Below are positions 1 through 9,523 of a stretch of 64,000 nt of DNA, piece after piece. The stretch's first letter is position 1. Each line of letters starts with the position of its first letter. The notes beneath the pieces are model-generated. The model saw only the letters and a program-made list of their open reading frames with translations, did no database searches and was not told the origin of the DNA. Origin of the DNA: a virus; IMG/VR virus record IMGVR_UViG_3300042945_001689, positions 1 through 64,000 of that record; one strand, written 5' to 3'. The translations under genes and the position numbers were made by a program.

Positions 1-268
1 TCATTGTTGCTTCATCAATAACTTCATATGCCTTTGCAATAAGTTTTCCATAATGTGCATCTGCAGCAGCAAGTGCTTCTTTAGCCCTAGAACGAATGGC
101 ATCATTTGCAGATACCATAACTTTCCATTCATTTAAATGTGCAACAACACGAGTTCTTGGAATACTTAAATCTTTAGAAATTTTTGTTGGATCGCTACCT
201 TTTAAATATTCTTCAACAACCTTATTGATTTCATCTAGATGTTCTACTATTTCAATATCTTTAGACAT
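1..268 (-). CDS. Partial HTH-containing helical protein, runs off window start; possibly terminase small subunit-like
   Basis: Read by hand, not in ORF track: MSKDIEIVEHLDEINKVVEEYLKGSDPTKISKDLSIPRTRVVAHLNEW...; ATG at 268 overlaps the upstream stop; HTH-like segment PTKISKDLSIPRTRV. Terminase role is a guess. Confidence 0.6.
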   Translation of the reverse strand, partial: MSKDIEIVEHLDEINKVVEEYLKGSDPTKISKDLSIPRTRVVAHLNEWKVMVSANDAIRSRAKEALAAADAHYGKLIAKAYEVIDEATM

Positions 269-500
269 TTTTTCCTTCAATTCTATTAATTTCATCTTGT
301 ATATAAAAGATAGCCTTCTTTAAATCTTCAATATGTCTATACTCATCTTTTAATCCTGCTCTCCATAAATATTTAAATGCATTTCCAATATTAAAGTTTC
401 TATGACGGGTAATTTGAATACACTCAACACCAGATGGATCTGACGTGTAATGCTCAGGGTGATTCACCTGGTCTACTGTGATTTTAAGACTATCGCTCAT
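261..500 (-). CDS. DUF3310 (SaV-like / T7 gp1.7-like) protein
   Basis: Motif DQVNHPEHYT..GVECI...FNIGNAFKYLWRAG.K...EDLKKAIFYI; probable start MSDSLK at 500 (ATGA overlap). Confidence 0.8.
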   Translation of the reverse strand: MSDSLKITVDQVNHPEHYTSDPSGVECIQITRHRNFNIGNAFKYLWRAGLKDEYRHIEDLKKAIFYIQDEINRIEGKNV

Positions 501-652
501 CTTTTTGACTTCCTTAATCCAAATTTTGCAAGATAAACATAGATTGTTTCTATGCTTGCCCCACACTCTTTTGCAATTTCTTCTGGAGACTTTTTGTCAA
601 TAACAAATCTTTTCTTTAGCCATACCTCTGAAGTATAAAGTTTAGCAGACAT
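497..652 (-). CDS. Small HTH DNA-binding protein, 51 aa
   Basis: Not in ORF track: MSAKLYTSEVWLKKRFVIDKKSPEEIAKECGASIETIYVYLAKFGLRKSKR; fills the gap with TGATG and ATGA overlaps; HTH-like EEIAKECGASIETI. Confidence 0.75.
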   Translation of the reverse strand: MSAKLYTSEVWLKKRFVIDKKSPEEIAKECGASIETIYVYLAKFGLRKSKR

Positions 653-834
653 CATGCCTCTTTGTCAACTTTAATAACGGGATCAAGCCTATTCCAATAT
701 CCGTGAGGGCTACCTTGATACATCTGTCCAGTTTCACGATCCATCAATATCCACTTTGTTGGAGCAAGAGTTCTTACAGTTAAGATTACGTCAGAATCTT
801 CCTCTTTAAATAAAAACATGTCTCTATCGCTCAT
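652..834 (-). CDS. Hypothetical protein
   Basis: 60-aa ORF overlapping the start/stop of both neighbours. Confidence 0.7.
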   Translation of the reverse strand: MSDRDMFLFKEEDSDVILTVRTLAPTKWILMDRETGQMYQGSPHGYWNRLDPVIKVDKEA

Positions 835-1475
835 ACTTCACCATCAAATTCAAGAACATCATAGTTATAGGCATTGGAATCCTCAAGTATCCACTTGTCG
901 TAACTTTCAACATCCCATTTATTTGTATTAATTAGCCTATTTATTACTAGATCTTTTTTAGTAACAAATGATGGCTCTTTAATTCTTACCCTGTTGTTTG
1001 GCTGTACCGCAAAATTTCCATCATCTCTTTGTATTACATGTCCACATTTATGTTGTCCTGGATTTTCAGAATACCCATCATCCAAAATATTAGTTTCTGG
1101 GCTATGCCAATCTAAAGTAAATAGATAAGTTCCAGGAACATTAGTTTTATTTCTATCAATATAAGACATTCTCATATTGCTTAATGCCTGAAACTTTGTA
1201 ACAGAAACGTGTGAACTAAAAGAATTCCATAAAACAAGATTATGTATCGGCTCTTCTGGAACTCCTGGTTTAGTGCAGAATGCATTAATTGGCATTCTCC
1301 ACCAAATCCCACCATCTTCCATCATAAAATGAAACAGTGGGCTTCTTGCTTTAATACTTGAAACACCAAATATTACACATGGAAAATACTGATCATGACT
1401 ATCCAATTGATCTCTTAAAAAATTTCCACGAACATAACATTCAATTGGTGGTATGTTTGCATTTAACTCTGGCAT
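831..1475 (-). CDS. Conserved hypothetical phage protein
   Basis: LNANIPPIECYVR...WWRMPINAF...YLFTLDW...HKCGH...GNFAVQPNNR resembles a widespread aquatic phage family; start at 1475 by TAATG overlap. Confidence 0.7.
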   Translation of the reverse strand: MPELNANIPPIECYVRGNFLRDQLDSHDQYFPCVIFGVSSIKARSPLFHFMMEDGGIWWRMPINAFCTKPGVPEEPIHNLVLWNSFSSHVSVTKFQALSNMRMSYIDRNKTNVPGTYLFTLDWHSPETNILDDGYSENPGQHKCGHVIQRDDGNFAVQPNNRVRIKEPSFVTKKDLVINRLINTNKWDVESYDKWILEDSNAYNYDVLEFDGEV

Positions 1476-2047
1476 TAACCAACCCCCTTTTCCCAATTAT
1501 TTAAACCCCAATGTCCTATGCCACAAGCATCTGCCACATCATTGTCATCTATAATCTTATCATAGTTGATTTCAATAAACTTTATAGTTCTTTCTTTTCT
1601 TATGTTACGCTCATAAGATTTATACCACGCATCTGACTTACCTGGATTTTTTAATCTAATAACAAGTTTTTCTTCTTTAGATAATGCTTTATTTCCAATA
1701 TAATTTTGCCAAGTTATTGGTGATACCTTTGCTACATTAAGCACTCCAGAAACTCCTGCTGCTCCAATAATAGCGCCTTGAACCAACGCAAGATCTGCTG
1801 CAGTTTTTGGACTATTCATAAATACGGTATGTTCAATAATTATAGAATCAGTATTAATAAATGATTTATCTTTTAAAAACGACTGCACTTTTTTTGATGC
1901 ATCAATACATTTTTGATAAATATCTTTTCCTTCAAAATTAATCTTTCCAATCATTTTTAAATTACCAAACTCAAAAAGGGCAAATGCTAAACTATTAGTG
2001 CTTGCATCAATAGCAACAAATTTTTCTGGTCTAACGTATGTCATCAT
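1475..2047 (-). CDS. ruvC: RuvC-like Holliday junction resolvase
   Basis: AIDASTNSLAFA (strand-1 Asp), IIIEH, C-terminal DDNDVADACGIG. Confidence 0.8.
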   Translation of the reverse strand: MMTYVRPEKFVAIDASTNSLAFALFEFGNLKMIGKINFEGKDIYQKCIDASKKVQSFLKDKSFINTDSIIIEHTVFMNSPKTAADLALVQGAIIGAAGVSGVLNVAKVSPITWQNYIGNKALSKEEKLVIRLKNPGKSDAWYKSYERNIRKERTIKFIEINYDKIIDDNDVADACGIGHWGLNNWEKGVG

Positions 2048-2324
2048 AGTCTATCAACCCCTTCAACTCTTTTAATGCTTTATTAACTTTTTTATTATCT
2101 ACAGAACAGTTTTCACAATAGTTAGAGTCGTTATATGCTGAAAGAACAATCCCACATCCTCTTGCACATTTACGATCTTTGCCATGTCTTTTTTTGCGTT
2201 TATTAATTGCTTGCTTTTCTGCAATTTTAATTTTTGTCGCTTCAACTCGACATTCTGGACTACAATAAATTTGATAACTTACGGCAGGAGAAAATTCATT
2301 CTCGCACCACTCACATGGCTTCAC
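2031..2324 (-). CDS. Cys-rich putative zinc-binding protein
   Basis: CEWC, YCSPEC, CARGC and YCENC motifs. Confidence 0.65.
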   Translation of the reverse strand: MKPCEWCENEFSPAVSYQIYCSPECRVEATKIKIAEKQAINKRKKRHGKDRKCARGCGIVLSAYNDSNYCENCSVDNKKVNKALKELKGLIDYDDIR

Positions 2325-3123
2325 TCAATTGCTCCAGCGAACCAATTTTAATTACCCCTGGTTCTGATTGGGCGCATGCCTTTTGTATCGGACATCCTTT
2401 GCAAATTTTAGAGTTTGATCTATAATTTTTTTGTGGTAACTGCTTATCTTGCCATGCTTGCCTTACGGTTTTCATCCAGTCAAATGTAGTATTAATCCAT
2501 TGTCTATAGTGATCATTAACACTAATTGGAACTATAAACAACTCATAATTATTTTTATTCTCATAAATCATTAAACCATTAGACATCTTCAATATCTTCA
2601 TATAAATCAACAACTGTGCAATATGATATGTCTTTGCTTTGTTTGTTTTTTTAATATATTCAAAACCTTCATTGCTTACAGTTTTAATTTCAATAACAAA
2701 CTCTTCGTTATTCCACTCAACCATTCCATCTGCCCAGCCATAAATAGGAGGGTCGTTGCTAAGAATTTTAAACTCTGTCGTATCCTTACCATCTTCATCT
2801 ACAAACTTTTTAGCAATCCCAGACTTTAGTAGTGCATCTTGAATTCTACCGTGAGAAAGAGATCCATTAGACATATTTGCTACTGAAAACGGAGTGTTTG
2901 TGCTTTCAAAAACAACACCATCAAATGCGTGATACCAATATCTAGGACATTCTCCATGTCCATAAATTAAGCCTGATGGCGCAAATGTTTTTTTCTTTTG
3001 ATGTTTTGGATCTTGTCCGACCATATAGCCAGACTGTATTTGTTCAATAACTGCATTTACATCTATACTATTTTCTGATTTCGCTGGTCTAACCATTACT
3101 TGCTGTAGTAAACTTTTAGTCAT
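2311..3123 (-). CDS. Cas4-like PD-(D/E)xK exonuclease
   Basis: N-terminal CPRYWY, WADG...IEIKT, QLLIY, C-terminal CKGCPIQKAC (split 4-Cys Fe-S cluster). Confidence 0.85.
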   Translation of the reverse strand: MTKSLLQQVMVRPAKSENSIDVNAVIEQIQSGYMVGQDPKHQKKKTFAPSGLIYGHGECPRYWYHAFDGVVFESTNTPFSVANMSNGSLSHGRIQDALLKSGIAKKFVDEDGKDTTEFKILSNDPPIYGWADGMVEWNNEEFVIEIKTVSNEGFEYIKKTNKAKTYHIAQLLIYMKILKMSNGLMIYENKNNYELFIVPISVNDHYRQWINTTFDWMKTVRQAWQDKQLPQKNYRSNSKICKGCPIQKACAQSEPGVIKIGSLEQLSEAM

Positions 3124-3151
3124 TATATTCCTTTGTTTATATAAGTATACA

Positions 3152-3451
3152 CTATTTGGTAATATATTTTAGTGCTGATACTAAACTGTTTACTGATTCT
3201 GCTGCAGTGTAGTAAATATTTTTCTTTCCCCTGTTACTTTTGTCAACATTTGCCATCCAAGTTGCCCTTAATGATAATTTAGCAGCAATAGCCTGAAGCC
3301 TGACAATTTCTAATGTTGCTACCTGAATTGGGATATCTGGCTTAATAATAAGTTTAGCAATCATAGTAAGTGCAGTTGTAAGATCTTCATCTTCCATATA
3401 GTCTGATATTTCAGATAAACCATTAATCATTTCTAAGGTTGTTTTTTCCAT
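3152..3451 (-). CDS. Hypothetical helical protein
   Basis: 99-aa ORF in operon context. Confidence 0.7.
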   Translation of the reverse strand: MEKTTLEMINGLSEISDYMEDEDLTTALTMIAKLIIKPDIPIQVATLEIVRLQAIAAKLSLRATWMANVDKSNRGKKNIYYTAAESVNSLVSALKYITK

Positions 3452-4089
3452 TAGATTAATCCTTTCTCATATTTCAACTTTAGTGTTTTTTGTTTTATAT
3501 CTATTTGTTTTTTAAATTCTAAACTTATTAAATTATCTTTTTCCGTTTTTTCTGAAAATTGACATAAAAGCATGTCTACATGTTCCCCTTGATTAAATAT
3601 TTTTTTCTCTCGCCAATGAACTTGATGAGTTCCAGAAAAAATTAATGCCTCATTATTATTTAAAACATACTTAACATTTTCTATAATAATTGGCCACGAT
3701 GTATTACTTTTTAACTGAACATCAAATGTTAATCTTGGTTGTTTAAAATTTGTATCTACATGTGGCAATAATTTTGGATTACCGTAATCTAAAGAGTATC
3801 TTGTAAAAGATATGCTTTCTAATTCTAAGTCAACGTCTGAACTTTTTTGCGCTGTATCTATAATTTTATTTACAAGACTTGCACTAATCTTAAAATCAAC
3901 TGTTCCATTATTTTGTATTGTATTTTCTTTCCAATACAAAGCAGAATATAGTCTTCCTAAATCATCTTGTTTTCTATAAAAATTATTAATTTCTAAATTA
4001 ATTTCTGAATACAATAATTTTATTTCTTCTGCTGAAAATATATTGCTAACTACAAAATTATTATTTACAATACTGCTATCATTTGACAT
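3451..4089 (-). CDS. 2OG-Fe(II) oxygenase superfamily protein
   Basis: PHVD (HxD) ... WPI ... FSGTHQVHWR (distal His); probable start MSNDSS at 4089 with SD AAAGGTGA. Confidence 0.75.
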   Translation of the reverse strand: MSNDSSIVNNNFVVSNIFSAEEIKLLYSEINLEINNFYRKQDDLGRLYSALYWKENTIQNNGTVDFKISASLVNKIIDTAQKSSDVDLELESISFTRYSLDYGNPKLLPHVDTNFKQPRLTFDVQLKSNTSWPIIIENVKYVLNNNEALIFSGTHQVHWREKKIFNQGEHVDMLLCQFSEKTEKDNLISLEFKKQIDIKQKTLKLKYEKGLI

Positions 4090-4375
4090 TATTTTCACCT
4101 TTTAATATTTGTTCTAAAACATCTACCTCTATTATAGCAAGTCTTATTTTTTTATTTCCTTCTCCTAAAACAATAACAAGTGCTGGATCACTATTATTCT
4201 TGATTGCATCTGTTACTACTTTTGCCCAAACATCAGAATTCAAAGTAAATGATTTTGCACTTTCTTTAAAATCTACAGTAAAACCATTCCAAGATGCATC
4301 TCCCTTTTTAGTATTTCTACCAGAGTTTTTATGCTGTGCAGCACCTAACCTTTTAGACTCAGAACGCTCACTCAT
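4079..4375 (-). CDS. Hjc-type PD-(D/E)xK resolvase-like nuclease
   Basis: ERSE...NSGR...KGD...VDFKE pattern; about 100 aa. Confidence 0.65.
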   Translation of the reverse strand: MSERSESKRLGAAQHKNSGRNTKKGDASWNGFTVDFKESAKSFTLNSDVWAKVVTDAIKNNSDPALVIVLGEGNKKIRLAIIEVDVLEQILKGENNVK

Positions 4376-4544
4376 TTTCATAATCCCTTTTTGATTTAGG
4401 AAGTAGATTTACTTTAGACATATGTTTTTTCGTACACATCCAAGTTACGTCTTTTGTTTCAAGCCAAAACCTACAGATATCTACAACTTCACTACATTTT
4501 TGACATGCAAATTTACCAGTAAAAGTTTTAAACTTTTCAGACAT
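4368..4544 (-). CDS. Small Zn-ribbon-like protein, 58 aa
   Basis: Not in ORF track: MSEKFKTFTGKFACQKCSEVVDICRFWLETKDVTWMCTKKHMSKVNLLPKSKRDYENE; CxxC...CxxxH; overlaps both neighbours. Confidence 0.7.
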   Translation of the reverse strand: MSEKFKTFTGKFACQKCSEVVDICRFWLETKDVTWMCTKKHMSKVNLLPKSKRDYENE

Positions 4545-5559
4545 TATTAACTTTATTCTTTATCATATCTTGTAAGTCTAAATCTTCTCTTACTCTACTT
4601 ACAAATGTATCTCTACCCTGAATCTTTGTACCATCGTCAAGTTGATACCAAGCACCAGTCCTATTGATTATCCCCAAACTTTCTGCTGTATCAACCAAAT
4701 CAGCGATGGAATCAATACCAAGATCATCACCTCTAAAATAAAAATCATACTCACCAGATTGGAAGGATGGAGAAGTTTTTGAAAACTGTAACTCCCACCT
4801 AACTTTACGACCAACCTTTTCTTCAATGAGTTTGTCTCCGACATGTATCTTTCCCTTCAATGCTTGATTATCTGATTCTGATGAAAATAGTTTAACAACA
4901 GTTGATGAGTAAAACTTTGTTGCCTGACCACCAGTTGGTTGTTGGCTGGTATACATTGCATTAATATTATTTCTTGATTGTGAAATAAGAATAAACAAAG
5001 TTGGCTTAACTTTATTGTTTGCATAATTAATCATTTTCCACGCATTACTAAAATCACGAGATTCTGCACCAATTTGTTTAGTATTTTCTAATTGTTTTAG
5101 TTCATCCGTATCTTTTTCAAAATATATTGCTGGTAATAATGAAGTAATTGAGTCAACTACAATTAAATCAACTCCAGCCTCCATTAGTTGCACACCTACA
5201 TCAACCATTTCATTAATTGTTCTAGCCTTTGAAACAATTAATTTAGATGTATCTACGCCAAGTTTTTGTGACCATTCTTTATCATATGACATTTCAGCAT
5301 CAATCCAAGCACAAATCTTTCCTTCTTTTTGTGCTAAAGCAACTGTCTGAAGGCATAGAGAAGACTTTGCAGACGACTTAGATCCCCACATAAGAACTTG
5401 TCTACCATACGGCAAACCACCGTTTAAAGCCCTATTAAGACCAGTGCTAGGTGTTGCTGCATATTCTGTTGCTGGAACTGAATCTCCAGACATTATGCTT
5501 TTACGTAATTTAGGATTAAGTTGTGCTAAGACTTCTTCTATACTAACTGACATGTACAT
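4537..5559 (-). CDS. recA: RecA/UvsX-like recombinase
   Basis: LNRALNGGLPYGR, Walker A variant GSKSSAKSS, WIDAE, Walker B LIVVDSI, GG.ATKFYSS, GAWY. Confidence 0.92.
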   Translation of the reverse strand: MYMSVSIEEVLAQLNPKLRKSIMSGDSVPATEYAATPSTGLNRALNGGLPYGRQVLMWGSKSSAKSSLCLQTVALAQKEGKICAWIDAEMSYDKEWSQKLGVDTSKLIVSKARTINEMVDVGVQLMEAGVDLIVVDSITSLLPAIYFEKDTDELKQLENTKQIGAESRDFSNAWKMINYANNKVKPTLFILISQSRNNINAMYTSQQPTGGQATKFYSSTVVKLFSSESDNQALKGKIHVGDKLIEEKVGRKVRWELQFSKTSPSFQSGEYDFYFRGDDLGIDSIADLVDTAESLGIINRTGAWYQLDDGTKIQGRDTFVSRVREDLDLQDMIKNKVNNV

Positions 5560-8500
5560 CCTCCAATGTTACTGTTCCGTCTTTTGTCTTTCCAAAATCA
5601 AACTTATAGGATTTTCCTTCTTCAATATGCATATATGCTTTTGCAAATGCCGTAGGAAATACTGTGACAGAATGAAGATCTCTAGATGTATCTGCAAGTG
5701 TTAGAGAAGCCATCTTTTTACCTGTCTTTGTAATTCTTGGTTTAAGAGATATTACAAACATTTGATCGTCCTTGTATGGTAACTGTTTGTATCCAAGAAA
5801 CTTAACAAGTGCGTGAGATGATTCTTTTATTTCTTCAGAGGGTACGAAAGATACAATCCTATTATCATTGCAAAGAACCAAGTAAGAACGACCAGTCTCA
5901 ATAGTCGTATTTTCATCATCAAATATACCCACAGACCCAGTTTTGTCCAAAATTTCAACTCGTGACCATCCTGTTCCTCTTTTAATTGATTTTACCATAC
6001 CCATAAAAATGTATGATCCCTTTTCTTCAAAGTCAACAATATCCTGAATAAATGCATAGTAGTGAGAAGGTATTGTAATATTAAACTCTGGAAGATTTAA
6101 ATATTCATACAGGTTTTCTTTAATCTCCTGATCATTTCTAGGATTATCATCAAATGTTGCTGCACCAATTACTCTAAGTGCTTGGAGTGCACGACTGTTT
6201 ACTCCGTTGCCCTTGGTGAATGTAAACCCTTCAAGTTCTTTGTAAGAACTAAATGGTCGTGCTGCAATATATCTTTCTGCAATTTTGTCAGATATGTACT
6301 TGATAGCAGTGAGCCCAAACCGAATACCCTTACCTTCAATTTTAAAATCGATATCCGAATCGTTAATGTGAGGTAACTTAACGCTAATGCCCATTCTTTT
6401 TGCTTCAATAAGATATTCAGTTCTTGCATCTTTATCCTTTTCATTCTTTAGCACTGAGTACATAAACTCAAGTGGGTAATAATATTTTAGCCATGCTGTC
6501 CAATAAGATAGTGTAGAGTATGCTACTGCGTGTGACTTATTAAATGAATACCCCGCGTGAGCCTCAAAATCATGCCATAAGTCACGAGCAATGTTTGGAG
6601 AAACAAACTTAGATGCACCCTCTACGAACTTCTCTTTAAACTGATCAAATTCTTTAGCATCTTTTTTCTTGCCAATGATCTTTCTAACTTTATCTGCTTC
6701 TGACATGGACATACCGCCAAGGTGTACGCATGCTTGCATAACTTGTTCCTGGTAAAGAATGCAACCATAAGTATCCTCCGTAAATGGTTTTAGTACTTGG
6801 TGTGTATAAGAAATATTTTGACGACCATGTTTACGATCAATATAGTCCTTTCCAATAGTGTTCATTGCGCCTGGACGAACAAGTGCGTTTGATGCTGCAA
6901 GTTCATTTAGATTCTTGACACCCATTTTAACAAGAAGGTTTGTGTATGGTGCTGCTTCACATTGAAATACACCCTTTGTATATCCATCTGATAGCATCTG
7001 ATAAACATTTGCATCATCCATCTTAATCTTAAGAAGGTCAATCTTTTTGCCATCTCGTTCTTTGATTATGTTAATTGTATCCTTAAGAACAGATAAAGTC
7101 TTAAGACCCAATGCATCAATCTTAATCAAACCAATTCTTTCAGCCTCTTCCATATCAACACCAACTACAGGAATTCTTTCATCAGATCCAGTAGATGATC
7201 TTGTCTCAAGTGGTGCGTATCTAAAAATTGGTTCCTTGCTTGTTACTACACCTGCTGCGTGGATTCCTGTACCACGAATGCGACCACGAAGTTGTTCTCC
7301 ATAGACTTCTACTTCTGGATACTTCTCACGAAACTCTCTTGTTGATTTTGAACTACAGAAATCATCCCACGAGTCTACAGTCTTTAAAACCTTATTTACA
7401 TCTGACAGTGGAATATTTAGTACTCGTGAAACATCTCTCACAATTCCTTTGCCAGTAAACTCAAGGAAAGTAGCAATAGATGCAACGTGTCGATACTGTC
7501 TAACAAGATAATCTTTTACTTCTTCACGGCGAGTATCTTGAATATCTGTATCAATATCTGGAAAGTCATTACGCTCTGGGTTAATAAAACGGAAAAACAA
7601 AAGGTTATGCTCAATAGGATCTATGTCTGTAATCTTTAGTGCATAACAAACAAGAGAACCAGCAGATGAACCACGACCAGGCCCAACCATTATCTCTTCT
7701 TTCTTGGCCCAGTTGATCATGTTACTCACAACAAGGAAGTATGGAGCAAACTTCTTATCTTTGATAATTTGCAACTCTTCTTCAAGTCTATCAAGATACT
7801 CTTTGTTTTCTGATAAACCTCGCTCTGCCAAACCTTCTAATGCAACCTTTGCAAGTTCTTTATCAGGACTCTTGTACTGTACTGGTAGTAGGTTTAAGCC
7901 TTCTTGAATTCCATAGTCTCCTACTGTCTCTGCTAATAGGAGTGTGTTTGAGTATATGTCTGGTCTATCAATACCCTGCGCTTCCATGGCTGCTTTAATC
8001 TCTTCGTATGATAGCAAGTGTATATCAAACTTGTTAAATGACATCTGACGATCTTTGCCATAGAGATAGTCAAGGCGCTCCATCATGTTGCCCTTTTTCT
8101 TTGACTTTTCATATGTTGCATCTTTTACGAACTTACCGTGTGTGTTCATAAGCAACTTAAACTCTTGAACTTCTTTTTGTGATGAGTCAACATGGTGGCA
8201 GTCTGGTGTTACAACAACCTTAATACCAAACTCATCCGCAAGTTCAATTAAATACTTATTAATGTGCGCTTCGTTGTGAGGCATGACTTCAATATAGTAG
8301 TCATCCTCAAAGCGTTCCTTAAACCAAGATATATATTTCTTAGCAAGAGCAAACTCTTCTTCTTCTAGTGCCTTTACAAGTACGCTACTTGGACAGGCAG
8401 ATGTTACGATAATACCCTCTTTGTACTTTTCAAGAATCGTAAAATCAAATCGTGGCTTTTTAAAGAAACCATCTGTCCAAGATAATTCACTAATCTTGTT

Positions 8501-8818
8501 TAGGTTTTCTAAACCAATTTGATTCTTGGCTAGAAGGATAATGTGGTTGTAGACAAGATCTTGTTGACCTTGTCTTTCAGACTTATCTCGTGTATCAGAT
8601 ATGTCTGCACACATGTATCCTTCTAGACCTAGAATTGGCTTAATGCCCTTTGCTTTTGCAATACGGTGCAGTTCCCTATGCCCAGATAAAGTACCGTGGT
8701 CAGTGATGGCTATTGCAGGCATCCCTAACTCAACTGCTCGGTCAACGTATTCTTCTGGAGTAGCAATCCCATCAAATAAACTAAAATGGGTGTGGACATG
8801 TAAGCCTACGTAATTCAT
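5543..8818 (-). CDS. dnaE: DNA polymerase III alpha subunit (family C)
   Basis: PHP domain HVHTHFSLFDG/TDHG; GPGRGSSAGSLV; FPDIDTD; GIHAAGVV; KIDALGL; GYSFNKSHA; no intein. Confidence 0.97.
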   Translation of the reverse strand: MNYVGLHVHTHFSLFDGIATPEEYVDRAVELGMPAIAITDHGTLSGHRELHRIAKAKGIKPILGLEGYMCADISDTRDKSERQGQQDLVYNHIILLAKNQIGLENLNKISELSWTDGFFKKPRFDFTILEKYKEGIIVTSACPSSVLVKALEEEEFALAKKYISWFKERFEDDYYIEVMPHNEAHINKYLIELADEFGIKVVVTPDCHHVDSSQKEVQEFKLLMNTHGKFVKDATYEKSKKKGNMMERLDYLYGKDRQMSFNKFDIHLLSYEEIKAAMEAQGIDRPDIYSNTLLLAETVGDYGIQEGLNLLPVQYKSPDKELAKVALEGLAERGLSENKEYLDRLEEELQIIKDKKFAPYFLVVSNMINWAKKEEIMVGPGRGSSAGSLVCYALKITDIDPIEHNLLFFRFINPERNDFPDIDTDIQDTRREEVKDYLVRQYRHVASIATFLEFTGKGIVRDVSRVLNIPLSDVNKVLKTVDSWDDFCSSKSTREFREKYPEVEVYGEQLRGRIRGTGIHAAGVVTSKEPIFRYAPLETRSSTGSDERIPVVGVDMEEAERIGLIKIDALGLKTLSVLKDTINIIKERDGKKIDLLKIKMDDANVYQMLSDGYTKGVFQCEAAPYTNLLVKMGVKNLNELAASNALVRPGAMNTIGKDYIDRKHGRQNISYTHQVLKPFTEDTYGCILYQEQVMQACVHLGGMSMSEADKVRKIIGKKKDAKEFDQFKEKFVEGASKFVSPNIARDLWHDFEAHAGYSFNKSHAVAYSTLSYWTAWLKYYYPLEFMYSVLKNEKDKDARTEYLIEAKRMGISVKLPHINDSDIDFKIEGKGIRFGLTAIKYISDKIAERYIAARPFSSYKELEGFTFTKGNGVNSRALQALRVIGAATFDDNPRNDQEIKENLYEYLNLPEFNITIPSHYYAFIQDIVDFEEKGSYIFMGMVKSIKRGTGWSRVEILDKTGSVGIFDDENTTIETGRSYLVLCNDNRIVSFVPSEEIKESSHALVKFLGYKQLPYKDDQMFVISLKPRITKTGKKMASLTLADTSRDLHSVTVFPTAFAKAYMHIEEGKSYKFDFGKTKDGTVTLEDVHVS

Positions 8819-8821
8819 CTA

Positions 8822-9469
8822 CTACCAGTCAGTATTTGTGCTGGTAATAGATGGGCCGTCAAAGCCAAGATAGAACGCTTCTTGTTCTGCATAAGGAATC
8901 TTGCGAAGAGCAGACTCAAGTGGATATGGCTCTGTGCCTGTCCAATCAAATGGCTCCTTGTCTGGTGCAGATGGAATAAGTGTGTAGTTGGTTTCAGTTC
9001 CCTGACCATTACGTTTCAACTTCCAGACAACATTTGAAATGCTTCCAGTCTCCATTGCGTATTCCTTGATTGTATTAAATGATGATTGCTTGCTGATACC
9101 CATTGACCAGATAGCAACATATGGTGGCTCTAGGCCATCGTCTACAAGAACATTGCAGTAGAAACGAAGACGGGCTCTCCAGCCAGCCTTTGGATCTTTG
9201 CGATGCATCTCTTCTGCCCAATCACGACCTTCTGACTCCATTGTATCTAGAGCCTTACGCTTGTAGTCCTTTGGGTTGGTGTGTTCCTTGACAACTAGTG
9301 CAAGTCCACGACCTTCGTTATAGTTTGCAGAGTCTTCGTCAAGTTCTTCAATAAAACGAATCTTTGCTGATTGTCCGTCTGCTAACTTTAGCCAACGAAC
9401 CTTTGGTCCATCTGATTTTGGTTTTTCGAGCAGGGCATTGATGTTTTTTAGTCCCTTTACTACGCTCAT
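8822..9469 (-). CDS. Single-stranded DNA-binding protein (gp32-like OB fold)
   Basis: WLKLADGQSAKIRF...LKRNGQGTETNYTLIP; acidic tail ending in W; sits between primase and polymerase. Confidence 0.7.
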   Translation of the reverse strand: MSVVKGLKNINALLEKPKSDGPKVRWLKLADGQSAKIRFIEELDEDSANYNEGRGLALVVKEHTNPKDYKRKALDTMESEGRDWAEEMHRKDPKAGWRARLRFYCNVLVDDGLEPPYVAIWSMGISKQSSFNTIKEYAMETGSISNVVWKLKRNGQGTETNYTLIPSAPDKEPFDWTGTEPYPLESALRKIPYAEQEAFYLGFDGPSITSTNTDW

Positions 9470-9523
9470 ATTATTCTCCTTTGTTATATGTTTATTGTAT
9501 ATTGTTTGCTTGTGTTTGTCAAA

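Noticed and set aside
2311-3123. Cas4 as part of a CRISPR-Cas system
   Set aside because: No cas1/cas2, effector genes or array; context is phage recombination.
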